Below, piece after piece: positions 38,676 to 48,979 of a stretch of DNA of 64,000 nucleotides; the stretch's first letter is position 1; every line of letters starts with the position of its first letter. Origin of the DNA: Polyangiaceae bacterium (GTDB lineage: Bacteria; Myxococcota_A; Polyangia; Polyangiales; Polyangiaceae); assembly GCA_965222375.1 (NCBI GenBank), contig CBDCTZ010000005.1, forward strand, positions 224,001 to 288,000, read 5' to 3'. The translations under genes and the position numbers were made by a program. Below the pieces are notes generated by a model that did not search any database, was not told the origin of the DNA, and saw nothing but the letters and a program-made list of their open reading frames with translations.

Positions 38676-39677
38676 ATGAACGCCATCGTGTTCCATCGCT
38701 ATGGCGAACCCGACGTCTTGGAGCATGCCCAAGTGCCCGCGCCGGTTGCGGGCCCGGGAGATGTTCTGGTGCGCGTACACGCCGCAGCGGTCAATCCCGT
38801 GGACTGCAAGATCCGACACGGCGCCCAGCGCCTCATCGTACGCCCCAGCCTGCCGGCGACTCCGGGCATGGATCTCTCGGGGACCGTCGTCGCCGTGGGC
38901 GACGGAGTGACCAAGTTCTCGCCGGGCGATGAGGTCTTCGCCTCGCCGACGCACAAACGCATGGGCGCCTACGCCGAACTTTGCCGAGTCTCCGAGAACG
39001 AACTGGCCCTCAAGCCAAAGAGCCTGGATCACGAGCAAGCGGCTTCCCTGCCCCTGGTGGCTTTGACCGCCTGGGACGCCCTGGTTCGCCGAGGCAAACT
39101 GCAATCCGGGGAGCGCGTCTTGATCCAAGCGGGCGCCGGTGGAGTCGGCACGATCGCGATCCAGCTTGCGAAACACCTGGGCGGCAAAGTGCTCGCTACT
39201 TGCAGCGCCAAAAACGCCGACTTCGTGCGTAGCCTCGGGGCCGACGAAGTGATCGATTACCGCAAACAGGACTACGCCGACGTGGCTCGAGGCTCTGACA
39301 TGATCGTGGATGCCCTCGGCCCCGCCGACATCGTAAAGGCCGCGAACACCGTACGTCGCGGCGGCCGTGTGATCGCCTTGACCACGGGTTTGCCCGAAGC
39401 CACCGACGCCTACGGCGCGCTGCTGGGCACTCTCGCCTGCTTCGCGCGGCTCGGCGCCATCACTTTGTCCGCGCGCTTGCGGCGCAACGTGCGCGTCATT
39501 CCCATGGCCCGCATTCCATCCGGGGATAACCTGCAGGAGATAGCGCGCTTGGTCGATACCGGCGTACTCGAACCCGTCATGGATCGGGTGCTTCCCCTCA
39601 GCGAAGCCGCCGCGGCGCACCGTCGCGTCGAAACCGGTCGCTGCCGGGGCAAGGTCGTGCTGAAAGTGGCTGACTGA
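38676..39677 (+). CDS. NADP-dependent MDR-family oxidoreductase
   Basis: AAVNPVD, PGMDLSG, AGAGGVG, GKVVL. Confidence 0.93.
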   Translation: MNAIVFHRYGEPDVLEHAQVPAPVAGPGDVLVRVHAAAVNPVDCKIRHGAQRLIVRPSLPATPGMDLSGTVVAVGDGVTKFSPGDEVFASPTHKRMGAYAELCRVSENELALKPKSLDHEQAASLPLVALTAWDALVRRGKLQSGERVLIQAGAGGVGTIAIQLAKHLGGKVLATCSAKNADFVRSLGADEVIDYRKQDYADVARGSDMIVDALGPADIVKAANTVRRGGRVIALTTGLPEATDAYGALLGTLACFARLGAITLSARLRRNVRVIPMARIPSGDNLQEIARLVDTGVLEPVMDRVLPLSEAAAAHRRVETGRCRGKVVLKVAD

Positions 39678-39740
39678 CGGCGGTTTTCGGCGTTTCCTCG
39701 AAACGTGATCGCGCCGCCGCGGCGTGCTACGAACAGCGCC

Positions 39741-40181
39741 ATGAGGTTGCGGGCCCGCTGGGCAGTCGTTGGAGCATTCGGCCTTTTGGTCGGCTCCTGC
39801 GTGCTCAACCCGCAGCCGGAAGTGCCATCCGAAGGGGCCACGACGACCGCGGGCGGCGGCGGGCTCGGAGGCAGCGGTGGCGCCAAGAACGATCAGGACG
39901 CCTTCTCGGGCGGCGGCACCGGTGCATCTTCGGGCGGCACGGCCGGTGCGCCCGGAACCGGCGCGACCGCGGGCGCAGGCGGTCTGCAATCGGGTCCCGA
40001 TGCCGGAGACTCTGGCGTCATTCCTTACAACGACGCAGCAGCTGCCGACGGCGACACGGACGCGCCGGACGATGCGCGCCCTGAGGATGCGGGGCTTGAT
40101 GCGGATGACGACGCCGACATCGACGCGGACACGGACGCGGGGCAAGGCGGTGCGCCAAGCTGGGACGCTGCTCCCGACTGA
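39741..40181 (+). CDS. Low-complexity Gly/Asp-rich lipoprotein
   Basis: LVGSC-VLNPQPEVP then a disordered Gly/Asp tail. Confidence 0.65.
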   Translation: MRLRARWAVVGAFGLLVGSCVLNPQPEVPSEGATTTAGGGGLGGSGGAKNDQDAFSGGGTGASSGGTAGAPGTGATAGAGGLQSGPDAGDSGVIPYNDAAAADGDTDAPDDARPEDAGLDADDDADIDADTDAGQGGAPSWDAAPD

Positions 40182-40383
40182 GCCAACGTTCGGTGCGTGG
40201 TTGTTTTATGGCGTCGCGTCCCTAGCGCACGACAGGCCATGACTCCCGCGCGGGGCCTCATGGGTGCGTCAGCTTTGCGCCACACGCAACGCGTGGGCTT
40301 GGTCGAGAGTAGTGCCCTCACGCCGTGACGCGATGCGACCCCAACCAAACCAGCTTCCCAAATTCGCTGCTGCCGGCTGAGCC

Positions 40384-41073
40384 TCAGCCGGGGCAAGGCG
40401 CTTTCTTGGCGGTCCAGGTTCCGCCAAAACATTCGGCGTAGGTGATGCTGCCTCCGGTCGCACACTCGTTGTACTCACACGGAGAAAAGGTCTGGCCGCA
40501 GGCTTGGCAGGAGTCCCCGGTCTTGGGAGCGGTTGGGGAGCACTCCACCGGTGGCGGGTTGCACTCGAGGGTCACTTCGACCCAAGTCTCGTCGACGCAG
40601 TGATACTCCCGCGCGCAACAGGGCGCAGGGTACGAGCAGAACTTCTTCTCGACGACGTTGCACCATTGCCCGGCGGTCGGCTCGCTCGTGGGGCAAAAGT
40701 CGACCGGGGGTGGTGGCGGATTACAGGAAACGCTGGGGCCTGAATAGGTCACGTCCCAACGCCCATCCGGAGCGCATACGGCGTTGGTTGAAACCTCGGA
40801 ACCGCACTCGTCGGTGGTCTTGTAGTTGCAGGACTGACCGACCGAAGAACAGGCGGTGTTCTGAGCTGGCGCTGGGGCTGGGCACGGCACCTTGGGTGGC
40901 TTGGGCGGTGGTGGGTTCGAGATCCCGCCTCCGCTACCGACTGACGAACCCGTTCCGCCGTTGCCTCCGTTGAGGCCGTCCGAGTTGACGGAGCCTCCGC
41001 ATGCGGCAGCCGACGCCGCGACGGCAACCGTCACGACGAAGGGCGACCGCCTCTTCGAGTTCTTCCGGCTCAT
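40384..41073 (-). CDS. Cys-rich repeat lipoprotein (paralog B)
   Basis: PFVVTVAVAASAAAC; three CPxxxPxxGxxC...CxY...C..GxW repeats; ATGA overlap with the upstream paralog. Confidence 0.85.
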   Translation of the reverse strand: MSRKNSKRRSPFVVTVAVAASAAACGGSVNSDGLNGGNGGTGSSVGSGGGISNPPPPKPPKVPCPAPAPAQNTACSSVGQSCNYKTTDECGSEVSTNAVCAPDGRWDVTYSGPSVSCNPPPPPVDFCPTSEPTAGQWCNVVEKKFCSYPAPCCAREYHCVDETWVEVTLECNPPPVECSPTAPKTGDSCQACGQTFSPCEYNECATGGSITYAECFGGTWTAKKAPCPG

Positions 41074-41945
41074 GTTCCTCCTGCGCACGGTTTTTTATCG
41101 ACCGACCACGCGCCGTTGACGCACTTGCCCGTCACGAAGGCGCCCTGGGCGCAGAAGTCCCAGGTGCAATAAGAGTTAGCGCAGGGATCGCACTTGGTGC
41201 CCGAGGCCGGAGGCTGCACCGGGCACATCGGCGGCGGCGGATTGCAGGTACTGGGCACCTCTTGCCATGTCGCACCGATACACTCGAATCCAATGGGACA
41301 GCACTGAGTCGTGTACCAACACTGCTTCTCTGGCGGCGGCACGCAGGCTGCGCCCTGACTGGGTTGTTTCGCGGGGCACTTCGGCGCGCAGGGCGGCGTG
41401 AGGGGTTGCACGTCCCATTTGCCGCCGTTGCACGACGCATCGAATTTCGTCACTTGGCCGCAACTGTCTTTGGGGCCTGTGTAGGAACAGCTGCCCCAAC
41501 CGGTGATGCAGGCCGTGCCCGACACGGGCATTTCAGGTGGGCAGTCCGGGGGTGGTGGATTGCAGGAAGAGATGGCGATGTCGACATCCCAGCGCCCATC
41601 TGATCCACAGCTGGCACTGATCATGTCCGGCGGGCACTCAGGACTCGTGGGGGTCTCGTAGTTGCAGCTGAGACCAACGGGGGCGCAGGGCGCATCCTTG
41701 TTCGGGGCAGTGGGCGGACACGCGCCGGTCGTTCCACCACTGCCACCCACTGCCGCGGTGTTGCCGGTGCCTCCCGTGCCGCCGACGGCGGCCGTAGCGG
41801 CGGTTCCTCCCGAGCCAGAACCGGCAGCGGCGCCTCCTTGGCCGCCGCCACCATCCGAATCCACGGAGCCACCGCACGCCACGGCGGCAGTAGCGACGGC
41901 GACAGTCACTACGAAGGGAGCGCGCTTGACGGTTTTTCTGGGCAT
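41070..41945 (-). CDS. Cys-rich repeat lipoprotein (paralog A)
   Basis: PFVVTVAVATAAVAC; four repeats of the same module. Confidence 0.85.
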   Translation of the reverse strand: MPRKTVKRAPFVVTVAVATAAVACGGSVDSDGGGGQGGAAAGSGSGGTAATAAVGGTGGTGNTAAVGGSGGTTGACPPTAPNKDAPCAPVGLSCNYETPTSPECPPDMISASCGSDGRWDVDIAISSCNPPPPDCPPEMPVSGTACITGWGSCSYTGPKDSCGQVTKFDASCNGGKWDVQPLTPPCAPKCPAKQPSQGAACVPPPEKQCWYTTQCCPIGFECIGATWQEVPSTCNPPPPMCPVQPPASGTKCDPCANSYCTWDFCAQGAFVTGKCVNGAWSVDKKPCAGGT

Positions 41946-42143
41946 GAACTCCAGAGTAAATGCAACAGCTGTTCTAGGGACAGCGGATCAACAAGTGGTT
42001 GATATCAATCAACTTTGACACGAAGCTCACTGGCACACGCTGTGTCAGCCCAGACAAATGGCCCCCCAAACCCTGGCGCAAAGCCCGCAGGCGCTGTCGC
42101 CCGCCGCTAGTTGGGGAGCCGGCTAGAGAGGACAATCAGCTCG

Positions 42144-43297
42144 ATGAGTTACGACTTGAAGATCACTGGGGGAACCATCGTGGATGGAACGGGCAGTCGA
42201 GGGTTTTTCGGCGACGTAGCCGTCAAAGACGGGCGCATCGTTGCTGTCGGTGACTGCCCCGACAGCGCAAAGGAAACGCTGAGCGCTGAAGGCGCGATCG
42301 TGACTCCGGGCTTCGTAGACATTCACACTCACTACGACGGTCAGATCTCCTGGGATCCAGACATGGCGACGCTAGCCCCAAGCAGTGGGAGCGCATCATC
42401 GAGCGCGCGGAAGGCGCGACCCAGCGCGGCCTCGAGATGCGGCTGCAGGTCGCGCCGCGGGCCATCGGCGTGATGCTGGGCTTGGAAGCGACCTTCCACC
42501 CTTTCATGGGTTTTCCATCCTACAAGGCCATCGCGCACTTGCCCCTGGCCGAGCGCGTGCGGCTGCTTTCGGATCCAGAAACCAAGCGGCGCATGCTCAG
42601 CGAGAAGTCCGAAAAGGTCGCAGGCGACGGCAGCGCGATCCCTCCCCTAGCGGACCAGCTGCTCGCGCAAATCGACATGGTCAGCCTCCGGTTGTTCCAG
42701 CTGGGCGAAACGCCCAACTACGAACCCGTGGTCGACGATGCCCTTTACTTCCACGCGCAGAAGAACAACATGTCACCGCTCGAAGCCATCTACGACGCCT
42801 TGCTCGAGCAAGACGGCCGCGCGCTGCTCTACTTCCCGCTCTACAACTACACCGAGATGAGTCTCGACAACGTGAGGACCATGTTAGCCCATCCCCTCAG
42901 CATCCCAGGCCTCTCGGATGGCGGCGCCCATGTCGGCACCGTCTGCGATGCCAGCTTCTCCACTTTTGCCCTGATGCACTGGGCCAGGGACCGCAAAGAG
43001 GGGCGCTTTCCCCTGGAGCAAATGGTCAAGCGCCAGTCCCAGGACACGGCCCACTACCTGGGCCTGAAGGACCGAGGCGTGCTGGCGCCGGACCTCAAAG
43101 CGGATATCAACGTGATCGACTTCGACCATCTCGGCCTCGAGCCCCCGAACATGGTTCGAGATCTACCGGCGGGGGGTCAGCGCTTGCTGCAGAAAGCGCG
43201 GGGCTATCGCGCGACATTTGTCGCGGGGCGCAAGATCGTCGCTGACGACAGCTTGACCGGGGCGCGACCTGGACGGCTGGTGCGTGGCGGCCGCTGA
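42144..43297 (+). pseudogene. N-acyl-D-amino-acid deacylase (amidohydrolase) with internal deletion and frameshift
   Basis: [11 protein letters not shown]...[17 protein letters not shown] jumps out of frame near 42368 to [11 protein letters not shown]...GLSDGGAHV...KADINVID. Confidence 0.88.
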
Positions 43298-43325
43298 AGG
43301 CCCGCGAGGGCTCACCGCGCGGCCC

Positions 43326-44912
43326 TTGTCCAAGCGGATTACGGCTGTTTTGGCCGTTGCGAGTTGGGGAGGCGTTGCATGCACGCCGCAATCGCCGGCC
43401 GACGCGCCGCCGACCACGCCGCCCCCCCACCAACCGATCCCGCCCCCGCCACTCACAGCTGCAGGACCGCCCAGCCCTGTCCCGATGCGCAAGGCCGACC
43501 CGATCAAGATCGAGTTTCGCAACGACGAGCTGGCAAATCTTTTTTGGTGGATCGATCAAGCTAGCCGTTTCGATCCCGAATTGACGCGTCCTGAGCAGCG
43601 TGCGGCCCTCGAAAAGCAGGCGGCGCTGAGCCCCGCGGAGAAGCAGGCCCTCGAGGCTTATGCGAAACTGCGACGCAAGAAGTCGGATCCGGCCATCGAC
43701 GAACCCGGGCCGCCCCGCCTGGATGCATTGCCGCCCAAGCTATCCGCCGCCGAAGCGTTCGCGGCGCCGTTTCTGAGTCAGACCAAACTCGCCGACGCCA
43801 TCCGCGACCTCAACCTCGCGCCAAAGGATGCCGCCACCGTCAGCCAAGTGTTCCGCGTGATCGGCCCTCGAATCAAGAAGCACCACGCCGCTGTCAACAG
43901 CCTGGAGACGGCACGGGGCAAGTTGATTCAGCTTTCCGAGCCGGAGCGCTTGCAGCGCTTTGCGGGGCTCGTGGCCGACTTCTACGGCGTACGAACGCAC
44001 CTCGAGGCCGGGCTTGTCGTGCAACTCGTGTCCCAGCCCGAAGGGCATTTACGGGCGACACAGGTTGGGCCCGTGTTGCTGATCCCAATCACTCCGGGCT
44101 CCCTGAATTCGACGCGGCTGCAGGTAGAGCTGCTCGGCATCATCGTGCATGAGCTTTCCCATCACATGGCCTCGCAGGTCAGCGACACCGTTCGCGACCG
44201 GGTGACCCGAGACGTGGAGGGCTATTTGGGCCTGCCCAACCAGAAGCACGAGAACATCTTTGACGAAGCCACGCAGACGGCGATCGGGAACATCGTGTTC
44301 ATGAAGCGCAACTTCCCGACGGCTTACGATCCCGATGGCAAGTTCTACGCCTACGAACCCAACAACGACTTCCCCTATGCCATCGACAGCTATGCCCGCG
44401 CGCTCGCACCGCACCTGGAGCGCCTTCTTGCCATGCCCGGGGGGTTCGCCGGTCCCTATCTCAGGGCGGCAATCCAAGAGCACGCAGCGCTATTCCCGCG
44501 GGTGGTTCGCCACCACACCCGGGTCGTCAGCGTGCTGTCGGAAAATCGCCGAGCGCAGTCTAGCTTCGTCGGCCTGTTCGCGGCCCAGAGCCGCTTGCGC
44601 CACGTCGGCGACGATGTCGTCGGCTTCCTGAAAGAGACCCAAGGCTCCAATGCTCCGCGCTTCGTCATCGGGCGCCCCCAGTGGGCACAGCGCAACCGCA
44701 AAGCGCTTTCGGCCTTCGACCCCACGCTGGGCGCAGTCTTGGGCGCCCTCGATCCGGAGCGGGCAGACGCATGCCTCGGTGCACGCTTCAATCCAAAGCG
44801 CGGCAGTTGGGACTTCGTAGTACTCGGCAGTGAGGGCGCAGTTCGACGCTTGCTGGTCAATGTGCACCGCGGCATGCCCGTGCCTGCAGGAAAACCCGCC
44901 TGCACGCGCTAG
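43326..44912 (+). CDS. Hypothetical lipoprotein with HExxH motif (putative metallopeptidase)
   Basis: Lipobox GVAC; IVHELSHH and downstream FDEA; start approximate. Confidence 0.72.
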   Translation: MSKRITAVLAVASWGGVACTPQSPADAPPTTPPPHQPIPPPPLTAAGPPSPVPMRKADPIKIEFRNDELANLFWWIDQASRFDPELTRPEQRAALEKQAALSPAEKQALEAYAKLRRKKSDPAIDEPGPPRLDALPPKLSAAEAFAAPFLSQTKLADAIRDLNLAPKDAATVSQVFRVIGPRIKKHHAAVNSLETARGKLIQLSEPERLQRFAGLVADFYGVRTHLEAGLVVQLVSQPEGHLRATQVGPVLLIPITPGSLNSTRLQVELLGIIVHELSHHMASQVSDTVRDRVTRDVEGYLGLPNQKHENIFDEATQTAIGNIVFMKRNFPTAYDPDGKFYAYEPNNDFPYAIDSYARALAPHLERLLAMPGGFAGPYLRAAIQEHAALFPRVVRHHTRVVSVLSENRRAQSSFVGLFAAQSRLRHVGDDVVGFLKETQGSNAPRFVIGRPQWAQRNRKALSAFDPTLGAVLGALDPERADACLGARFNPKRGSWDFVVLGSEGAVRRLLVNVHRGMPVPAGKPACTR

Positions 44913-44915
44913 CAC

Positions 44916-46040
44916 TCAGGGCACCTGGCTCAGGTGCCCCGCGCGGCATTCAAAGCGGATCAGTCGCACTCCGGCGCGCGTGGCGCTACCGACGAAGAGC
45001 GCGACGCCCGTGAACGCCGCCTTGGCACCCGGGGGTACTAGTCGCTTCGGCAACAGGGCGGAAAGATCTCCCACGACCTTGCCGAGGGGCGTGCGCCTCG
45101 ACGCGATGGAAAGCGCCGGGCCTCCCCGAGCACATTCCAAGCGCACCTTGGACCAATCCAAGGATGTCACGGCGTGCATGGCGCCGTTGCTCTTGACCGC
45201 TCGGCGGCCACTAGGGCAATCCGCAACCACCACGATGGCCCCGTCCACGACTGCAGAGCCCCGAGGAGTACATCCGGTCAAAACGTGGTTCGCCTCGGCA
45301 TAGCGCGGCGAATGCTGGATTCGAAACAGCGTCGTCGCCGGGCCGCCGGTTCGGCGCGAGCAGACACCGTACAGCCACTGCCCAGGAGTCGCCGAAAACG
45401 CCGCGACTCCTCGATCACACGCCGCGGGCACCGACAGTGGAATACGCCGAGGCTCGGGTCCGTCTTTCATCAGCTCTTGCACCAAGAAGCTGGTGCAATT
45501 CTTGTCCTTGTCACCGCTACTGCATGCCTCCAAGGGACCACTGCGAAAGACCAAGAGCTTGTCTTCCTCTTCGCGTACGACGAGGTGCCCACCGTGGACC
45601 GCTGCCGGGGCGGCCACCTCCCCCAAGCGATGCACGCTGCCGAAGCCAGACCCTTTGGTGCTGGCCACCACCCCATAGGCCGCTGCGAATTTGCCGCCAC
45701 GTTCGACCCACGCAACACCGAGACGTTCACCCACTCCAGCCGCGGCAACATCTGCTACCCGCCCGTCCCGAGCCAATTGAGTCGCATGTCCCATTTCCTT
45801 TCCACCAGCGTCGAAGCGCCGAAGCTCCAGTCCCTTGTCGCCCCCCACCACGGCTGAAAGCCCGGTTGCAGTCGCAACCAGAGCAAAGGGCTGAGGTGCC
45901 TTGGAAGGTTTCACCGATGGCGCGGCAGCGCCGCTCGTGGCGGCAACTTTTGCGGATGAGGTCGAACTCGCCGCCGCCGGTGCTGTGCGCTTCTGCTCAC
46001 ACGCTGCGAGCAGCGCCAGTGCGACCAGAGACACTTTCAG
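44916..46040 (-). CDS. Hypothetical lipoprotein
   Basis: Lipobox LAAC; beta-rich; start approximate. Confidence 0.7.
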   Translation of the reverse strand: MKVSLVALALLAACEQKRTAPAAASSTSSAKVAATSGAAAPSVKPSKAPQPFALVATATGLSAVVGGDKGLELRRFDAGGKEMGHATQLARDGRVADVAAAGVGERLGVAWVERGGKFAAAYGVVASTKGSGFGSVHRLGEVAAPAAVHGGHLVVREEEDKLLVFRSGPLEACSSGDKDKNCTSFLVQELMKDGPEPRRIPLSVPAACDRGVAAFSATPGQWLYGVCSRRTGGPATTLFRIQHSPRYAEANHVLTGCTPRGSAVVDGAIVVVADCPSGRRAVKSNGAMHAVTSLDWSKVRLECARGGPALSIASRRTPLGKVVGDLSALLPKRLVPPGAKAAFTGVALFVGSATRAGVRLIRFECRAGHLSQVP

Positions 46041-46080
46041 AACGCCGCGAAACTGCCCCCGCGTGATAGCCTGCGGTGCC

Positions 46081-47484
46081 ATGGAAATAGAATTTGTCGG
46101 GGCAGCGCAAACGGTCACGGGATCCAAGCACTTGATTCGGACCAAGCATGCCACGGTCTTGCTCGATTGCGGGCTGTACCAAGGTCGCCGCCGAGAAAGT
46201 ATCGAGAAAAACCAGACTCTGGGCCTCGATCCAAAACGAGTCGATGCGGTCATTCTGTCCCACGCGCACATCGATCATTCCGGCGCTCTGCCCATCATGG
46301 TCAAGCGCGGCTTCCGGGGTTCCATCTACGCCACCAGCGCCACTCGGGATCTGTGCGCCGCGATGCTGATGGACGCGGCGATGATCCAAGAATCCGACGC
46401 GCGCTACATCAACCGCCAAATCGAGCGAGGCAAAAGCGACATGGAGCCCGTGGAGCCACTTTATGACGAGAAAGACGTCATGAGCGTGCTCGGCTCGATC
46501 GTGGCGATGCCCTACCACCACTCCATCCCCATCGCCAAAGGAGTCTACGTCAGCTTTCTCGACGCCGGCCACGTGCTCGGCTCCGCCATCACGATCTTGG
46601 ACGTGGAAGAGGGCAACCGCACCAAGCGCTTGATCTTCACCGGAGATCTGGGCCGCCGGCGCATGCCCATTCTGAGAGATCCGGAGATCCCGGATGACGC
46701 CACCGTATTGATCACTGAAAGCACCTACGGAGACCGCCTGCACAAACCCATCGAGCAGATGGACGACGAGCTTGCCGACGTCGTCTCCCGAGTCGTCGAA
46801 CGCGGCGGCCGCATCATCATTCCGAGCTTCGCTTTGGAACGGGCGCAGGAAATCGTTTACGCGCTCAAGGCGCTCAAGACCGCCGGCAGGCTCCCAAACG
46901 TGCCTGTGTACGTGGATTCGCCGTTGACTGTGAAGATAACTGACGTGTTTCGGCTGCACCCCGAGTGCATGGATGAAGAAGCCGTGGAGCTACTCAACGC
47001 TCGACAATCGCCGTTCGAGTTCGAACAGCTTCGCTACGTTTCATCCGTCGAGGACTCCAAGGCGCTGTCGGGTTCCAGTGATCCCGCCATCATCATCAGC
47101 GCCAGCGGGATGTGCGAAGCTGGACGGATCTTGCACCATCTTCGCGGCACCATCAATGATCCCAAGAACGCCGTGTTGATCGTGGGCTACCAAGCACCGC
47201 ACACTCTGGGGCGGCGTTTGGTGGAAGGCCGAAGCTCGGTAAAGATCTTCGGCATCGAGCACACCCGCCAAGCGGAGGTCGTAGTCTTGAATGGATTTTC
47301 CGCTCATGCTGACCAAAGTGACCTGATCGAATACGGCGAGGCCGTGCGGGATCGCGGGGATCTGCAGCAGCTGATTCTTGTGCACGGGGACCCCAAGCCT
47401 CAGAAGGTGCTCAAGCAGATGCTGGGGGAACGAGGCTTTGACAAAGTCAGCGCTCCAGCCGCAGGCGATCGCATCACACTCTGA
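46081..47484 (+). CDS. MBL-fold beta-CASP ribonuclease
   Basis: SHAHIDHSG, AGHVLGS, FTGDLG, ESTYG, SGMCEAGRILHH, FSAHAD, LVHG. Confidence 0.95.
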   Translation: MEIEFVGAAQTVTGSKHLIRTKHATVLLDCGLYQGRRRESIEKNQTLGLDPKRVDAVILSHAHIDHSGALPIMVKRGFRGSIYATSATRDLCAAMLMDAAMIQESDARYINRQIERGKSDMEPVEPLYDEKDVMSVLGSIVAMPYHHSIPIAKGVYVSFLDAGHVLGSAITILDVEEGNRTKRLIFTGDLGRRRMPILRDPEIPDDATVLITESTYGDRLHKPIEQMDDELADVVSRVVERGGRIIIPSFALERAQEIVYALKALKTAGRLPNVPVYVDSPLTVKITDVFRLHPECMDEEAVELLNARQSPFEFEQLRYVSSVEDSKALSGSSDPAIIISASGMCEAGRILHHLRGTINDPKNAVLIVGYQAPHTLGRRLVEGRSSVKIFGIEHTRQAEVVVLNGFSAHADQSDLIEYGEAVRDRGDLQQLILVHGDPKPQKVLKQMLGERGFDKVSAPAAGDRITL

Positions 47485-47523
47485 CCCGGGAAACCGCGAT
47501 TCGCCAACGTACGTAAGTGAGCC

Positions 47524-48249
47524 ATGAGCGAAGCCAAGCCCAGCCAAAGCAAGCTGCGGCTCTGGCTCTTACTCGCTGCCCTGGCTGTGGTCATCGCCCT
47601 GTCTTTCGTACTGCCGATCCAGGCATGGCTCTTGGCGCTGGCAGAGTGGATTCGAGGCCGCGGCGCCGCTGGGATCGGGATCTTCAGCAGTGTCTACATC
47701 GTGGGTACCGTCCTGCTACTCCCGGGCAGCGTGCTGACCTTGGCTGCAGGCTTTGCCTACGGTCCCGTGCTCGGCACGCTCATTGTTTGGGTTTCGGCGA
47801 CCATCGGCGCGTGTGCGGCATTCCTCGTTGCCCGCACGATCGGCGGCGCCTGGGTGGAAGACCGCGTCCGGGGCAACCCCAAGTTTTCCGCAGTCGACCG
47901 CGCCGTCGCCGACCAAGGCTTCAAGATCGTCTTTCTGTTGCGCTTATCGCCCATCTTCCCCTTCAACCTGTTGAACTACTCCCTCGGGCTCACCCGCATC
48001 AGCTTCCCCGCATACGCCTTGGCGTCCTTTCTCGGCATGCTTCCGGGCACAGCTATGTATGTGTACTTGGGCTCCCTGGTCGAAAGTGCGTCGGCGCTTT
48101 CGAAGGGTGCGCCCAGCGGGGGCACTGCGCAGCAGGTGCTATACTGGGGCGGACTGGTAGCCACGGTGGGCGTCACCGCGTTCATCACGCGGCTGGCGCG
48201 GCGCGCGCTGAACGAAGCCCTCGGTCCCGAAGCTGTGGCTGATGAGTGA
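47524..48249 (+). CDS. TVP38/TMEM64 membrane protein
   Basis: LLRLSPIFPFNLLNYSLGLT, GMLPGT. Confidence 0.93.
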   Translation: MSEAKPSQSKLRLWLLLAALAVVIALSFVLPIQAWLLALAEWIRGRGAAGIGIFSSVYIVGTVLLLPGSVLTLAAGFAYGPVLGTLIVWVSATIGACAAFLVARTIGGAWVEDRVRGNPKFSAVDRAVADQGFKIVFLLRLSPIFPFNLLNYSLGLTRISFPAYALASFLGMLPGTAMYVYLGSLVESASALSKGAPSGGTAQQVLYWGGLVATVGVTAFITRLARRALNEALGPEAVADE

Positions 48250-48967
48250 ACCGCCAGTGCCGACGCCGGCGCCACTGTCCGTCGTGATGCCGGTCGTCAA
48301 CGAAGCCGCGCGCATCACCGCGCGCCTGGACGAACTCAGCCGGCTCCAGGGCGTGGGTGAGGTAATCGTGTGTGACGGCGGCAGCACGGACGGCAGCCTC
48401 GACTTCACAGAGCGTCACCCCAGCACGGAACGAGGGCTGACTCGGCTGCTACGCGTGGACCGAGGTAGGGCCCGGCAGATGAACGCCGGTGCCAAGGCTG
48501 CCAGCCATGAAATCCTGTTGTTCCTCCATGCAGACACGCAATTGCCACCCGACGCCCACCAGCTGATCGGCCAGGCGCTCCGAAAGCCCGGCGTCGTATT
48601 CGGAGCGTTCCGTACCCACACCTTGGACGACACCGGAAAGAAGAGCGCGCGTTGGCTGCGACTGGCAGATTTGCGCTCTCGCTACACCACCACACCCTAT
48701 GGTGACCAAGCGCTGTTCGTGAAAAGGCGCGCTTTCTGTGCCGCGGGTGGCTTTCCGGATCAGCCGCTCATGGAGGAGACGGAGCTATGTCTGCGTCTGC
48801 GCAAACTGGGACGTTTCCGACGGGCGGCGGGAGAAGTTCGGGTTAGCGGTCGGCGCTTTCTGGCTCACCCGATCCGAGACATGCTGCTCGTGAACGTATT
48901 CCCCATCTTATACCGCCTCGGCGTCAGCCCCCAACGGCTCAAGGGGATCTACGAAGACGTGCGTTAG
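48242..48967 (+). CDS. GT2 glycosyltransferase, TIGR04283-like
   Basis: DGGSTD, GRARQMNAGA, FLHADT, PYGDQALF, PLMEE, SGRR. Confidence 0.9.
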   Translation: MSEPPVPTPAPLSVVMPVVNEAARITARLDELSRLQGVGEVIVCDGGSTDGSLDFTERHPSTERGLTRLLRVDRGRARQMNAGAKAASHEILLFLHADTQLPPDAHQLIGQALRKPGVVFGAFRTHTLDDTGKKSARWLRLADLRSRYTTTPYGDQALFVKRRAFCAAGGFPDQPLMEETELCLRLRKLGRFRRAAGEVRVSGRRFLAHPIRDMLLVNVFPILYRLGVSPQRLKGIYEDVR

Positions 48968-48979
48968 CTGGGCTTCGCG

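Noticed and set aside
46080..46083. Divergent genes sharing a CATG start
   Set aside because: The minus-strand lipoprotein more plausibly starts near 46034-46040; cannot be resolved from sequence
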